DNA of 32,000 nucleotides from Candidatus Methanoperedens sp. (GTDB lineage Archaea; Halobacteriota; Methanosarcinia; Methanosarcinales; Methanoperedenaceae): NCBI GenBank assembly GCA_041494705.1, contig JBGQBI010000001.1, positions 120,001 to 152,000 of the forward strand, read 5' to 3'. Shown piece by piece: positions 31,606 to 32,000 of this stretch (position 1 is its first letter; each line of letters starts with the position of its first letter). The notes under the pieces were generated by a model. It saw only the letters and a program-made list of their open reading frames with translations, ran no database searches and was not told where the DNA came from. The position numbers and the translations under genes were made by a program.

Positions 31606-31830
31606 ATGGCAGTTGAACTTGACTTGAAAGGGGAAGTGTGCCCCTATACATTTGTAAAAACAAAACTTAAACTCGAAGAACTTGAAAGTGGCGAGGAATT
31701 GTGTGTGACATTTGACCATGCCCCCGCAGTAGAGAACGTGCCGCGAAGCCTTAAAAATGAGGGACACAAAATAATGGGCATCGAACAGAAGGGTGAACAT
31801 CTCTGGATTGTCAGGATTCGTAAAGCATGA
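31606..31830 (+). CDS. tusA: TusA/SirA-family sulfur carrier protein
   Basis: 74 aa. LDLKGEVCPYTFVKTK carries the conserved active-site Cys context. It starts 4 nt after moeB. Confidence 0.8.
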   Translation: MAVELDLKGEVCPYTFVKTKLKLEELESGEELCVTFDHAPAVENVPRSLKNEGHKIMGIEQKGEHLWIVRIRKA

Positions 31831-32000
31831 AGCTCGGGATACTATTGACCACAAGCCCTGAGAACGAGAATACCAATACTGTTATTTCAATAAGCTCGGC
31901 TGCAAGGGAACAGGGTCATGAGGTATCGATTTTTTTGATGTACGATGGCGTGTACAATATTCATAAAAAAGAGTTTGCAGGATTGGTCGATAAAGGCGTT
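31827..32000 (+). CDS. DsrE/DsrF-family sulfur-relay protein (N-terminal part; runs off the window)
   Basis: The ATG at 31827 overlaps the tusA stop (ATGA). The product begins MKLGILLTTSPENENTNTVISISSAAREQGHEVSIFLMYDGVYN..., which fits the DsrE-like N-terminus. Confidence 0.7.
   Translation, partial: MKLGILLTTSPENENTNTVISISSAAREQGHEVSIFLMYDGVYNIHKKEFAGLVDKGV

Overview
The window looks like chromosomal DNA from a methanogen or ANME-type euryarchaeon (Methanosarcinales-like; taxonomy is inferred from gene content only). Housekeeping backbone: cdhA-cdhB-cdhC-cooC (CODH/acetyl-CoA synthase), ilvD, an archaeal isoprenoid operon (mvk-ipk-fni-RNase J-idsA), a SOD/zinc-ribbon/desulforedoxin group, smc with a coupled coiled-coil gene, aspS, and a moeB/thiF-tusA-dsrE sulfur-relay operon. 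Accessory material sits between these blocks: VapBC and HEPN/MNT toxin-antitoxin pairs, orphan antitoxin-like small ORFs, an intergenic repeat field (about 6.7-7.25 kb), two small low-GC genes, and a methyltransferase gene remnant. There is also a DUF4157 toxin-like gene whose 3' two-thirds, together with the next ORF, use bacterial-like codons. The strongest candidate for a new system is a minus-strand four-gene operon at about 26.5-30.5 kb. It encodes a 59-aa precursor peptide ending in EECSSCANGWHW, a radical SAM/SPASM enzyme with an N-terminal PqqD-like recognition domain, a 272-aa protein with motifs of cyanobactin-type ABBA peptide prenyltransferases, and a flavin amine-oxidase-family enzyme. 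This operon is compositionally distinct from its neighbours and is flanked by a possible transposase remnant. I interpret it as a RiPP or peptide-derived-cofactor gene cluster. All calls rest on reading the sequence and remembered family motifs; no searches were run.
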